In this document: piece by piece, positions 32,274 to 33,970 of the stretch
Position numbering within the stretch: position 1 is the stretch's first letter
Layout of the letters: each line of letters starts with the position of its first letter
Source: Stramenopiles sp. TOSAG23-2
Lineage: Eukaryota
Assembly (NCBI GenBank): GCA_900128395.1
Contig: LT649355.1
Coordinates: 1 to 33,970 of the forward strand
DNA length: 33,970 nucleotides
Direction: 5' to 3'
Made by a program: the position numbers and the translations under genes
Notes under the pieces: generated by a model
What the model saw: only the letters and a program-made list of their open reading frames with translations
What the model was told of the DNA's origin: nothing
The model's database searches: none

Positions 32274-33842
32274 ATGTTAAAAAAACGAGGAAGAAAAGCA
32301 CCACTTTTCAATGGCAATAAAAACTCGAAAAGAGCAAAAAATTCATCTACTAAACAACATTTTAGTTTTAATAATAGCGATGACGAAGTATTGTCTGAAT
32401 CAAGTGATGATGATGGAGTCGATGATAATCATGATATAATAAACCAGGATGGAGAAGCAGACGATTTTTTCTTAAGTGGTGAACCAGATGATGTAAACGA
32501 AACTGCTCAAGAAAAAAGAATACGACTAGCAAAATCTCTCCTTAGCAAAGTACATGATGAAGAAGAACAAGGTAATGAAGAGGATACGAACGAGGCAGTT
32601 GCCGAGCGTTTACATAATAAAGCATTAGGCTTAGCAGGGCGATTAATAAGAAATGTTGCTGAAATCTTCCAAAAGCAAATTGCAAAATCAGCGGGTTTGA
32701 AGCATAAATTTTATCGCGGTCATAATGGATCGTTAACAGCAGTAACTTTTGGAAAACAGGAAGATACTTTTTGGACAGCCTCCAAAGACTGTAAGATCAT
32801 ACGATGGAATATTAATGGAAAAAAAGAGAAAATATATCCTGGAAGAAAAGCAAATCGTCAGGAACGAAAACAAAAAGGAGGTGCGAAAAAAACAATCCCT
32901 GTGGGGCATTACGATGAAATTTTAACACTTGCTGCCTCTGATGATGGTAGATTCTTAGTTAGTGGAGGGCGTGACCGGGTTTTACATATATGGGATGCTA
33001 GCACGAATGAAATAATTGATTCGTTTAAAGGACATCGTGATATTATCACAGCCATTTGCTTCCAAAAAAAATCACGTACAATGTTTTCTGGATCATATGA
33101 TCGCAGTATTAAAATTTGGAATCTTGATGAAATGACCTATGTCGATACCTTATTTGGTCACCAAAGTTACGTTTTAAGTTTAGATTGCCAGCGAAGGGAG
33201 CGCCCTATATCAGGTGGCGATGACCGAACTTTACATTTATGGAAAGTTGAAACTGATTCTCAACTTATATTTCGTGGACATAAAAGAGGTATGGATACAG
33301 TTGTAATGTTGAATGAAGGAAATTATGTCTCTGGTTCTCAAGATGGTGCTATTGCATTATGGAATATTAATAAAAAAAAACCAGTATATCGTTTAGAAAA
33401 TGCACATACAATAGATGACAGCCAGAAAATTGATGATGGTGATGACAGTTATAGTAATAATGCAAATGGTAGTAGTAATAGTAGTGATAATAATATCAGT
33501 AGTAAAAAGAAAGTGTTAGGGACTGCATCTACGTCTCTGGATAATTCATTGCCATGTTGGGTTAATTGTTTAACAATGTTTCCATCATCTGATTTACTTG
33601 CATCGGGATCAAATGATGGGTACATACGATTTTGGCATGCAGACTTAAATCAAAGGTGTATTAAAGAAGTCGGCAAAATTGCAGTAGCTGGTTTTATCAA
33701 TTCTTTATCATTTTCTCCTTCAGGAAAGTATTTAGTTGCTGCTATTGGCCGTGAACATAGATTAGGAAATTGGTCTAGATTAAAAAGTGTTAGAAATGGT
33801 ATTGTAGTCGCGGAAATGCCAGATTTTGGGTTGAAAGATTGA
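32274..33842 (+). CDS. RRP9: U3 snoRNP-associated WD40 protein (U3-55K/RRP9)
   Basis: ETAQEKRIRLAK, WD40 repeats (F.GHRD, YVDTLFGHQ, LWKV..DSQLIFRG) and diagnostic C-terminal GREHRLG.W. Confidence 0.94.
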   Translation: MLKKRGRKAPLFNGNKNSKRAKNSSTKQHFSFNNSDDEVLSESSDDDGVDDNHDIINQDGEADDFFLSGEPDDVNETAQEKRIRLAKSLLSKVHDEEEQGNEEDTNEAVAERLHNKALGLAGRLIRNVAEIFQKQIAKSAGLKHKFYRGHNGSLTAVTFGKQEDTFWTASKDCKIIRWNINGKKEKIYPGRKANRQERKQKGGAKKTIPVGHYDEILTLAASDDGRFLVSGGRDRVLHIWDASTNEIIDSFKGHRDIITAICFQKKSRTMFSGSYDRSIKIWNLDEMTYVDTLFGHQSYVLSLDCQRRERPISGGDDRTLHLWKVETDSQLIFRGHKRGMDTVVMLNEGNYVSGSQDGAIALWNINKKKPVYRLENAHTIDDSQKIDDGDDSYSNNANGSSNSSDNNISSKKKVLGTASTSLDNSLPCWVNCLTMFPSSDLLASGSNDGYIRFWHADLNQRCIKEVGKIAVAGFINSLSFSPSGKYLVAAIGREHRLGNWSRLKSVRNGIVVAEMPDFGLKD

Positions 33843-33970
33843 AAAAAAAATTACGAACAACGTAATCATTATAGGTGTACCAAAGAGTGTAAAATGTACG
33901 CGTATGAATATATATATATATATGTGTTTTTCTCTTACTCATATGTTATATAAAATTCTTTTACTCCCGT

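Overview
AT-rich, gene-dense, nearly intron-free eukaryotic (protist) genomic DNA using the standard code. A stramenopile-like origin is only a tentative impression. About 12 convincing protein-coding genes: MTO1/GidA (apparently C-terminally short), a short-type ABCC/MRP transporter (one intron), a P4-ATPase flippase, a large multidomain ER-type protein (LamG + OS-9-type MRH lectin with an inserted GLG1-like Cys repeat + discoidin + SEL1L-family repeats; one intron), RNase H2 subunit C, COG8, a divergent profilin, GET4, an EBAG9/RCAS1-like protein, a tail-anchored RING E3, NOMO and RRP9. Intergenic DNA holds two MITE-like inverted-repeat elements, CCAG/CTGG-rich clusters upstream of most genes, a recurrent sense-strand TACGA pentamer shortly after most stop codons, and poly(A)/microsatellite tracts. 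The most notable candidate is the apparent fusion of the two luminal ERAD partners (OS-9/Yos9-type lectin and SEL1L/Hrd3-type scaffold) in one polypeptide. All homology calls come from recalled motifs, not from database searches.
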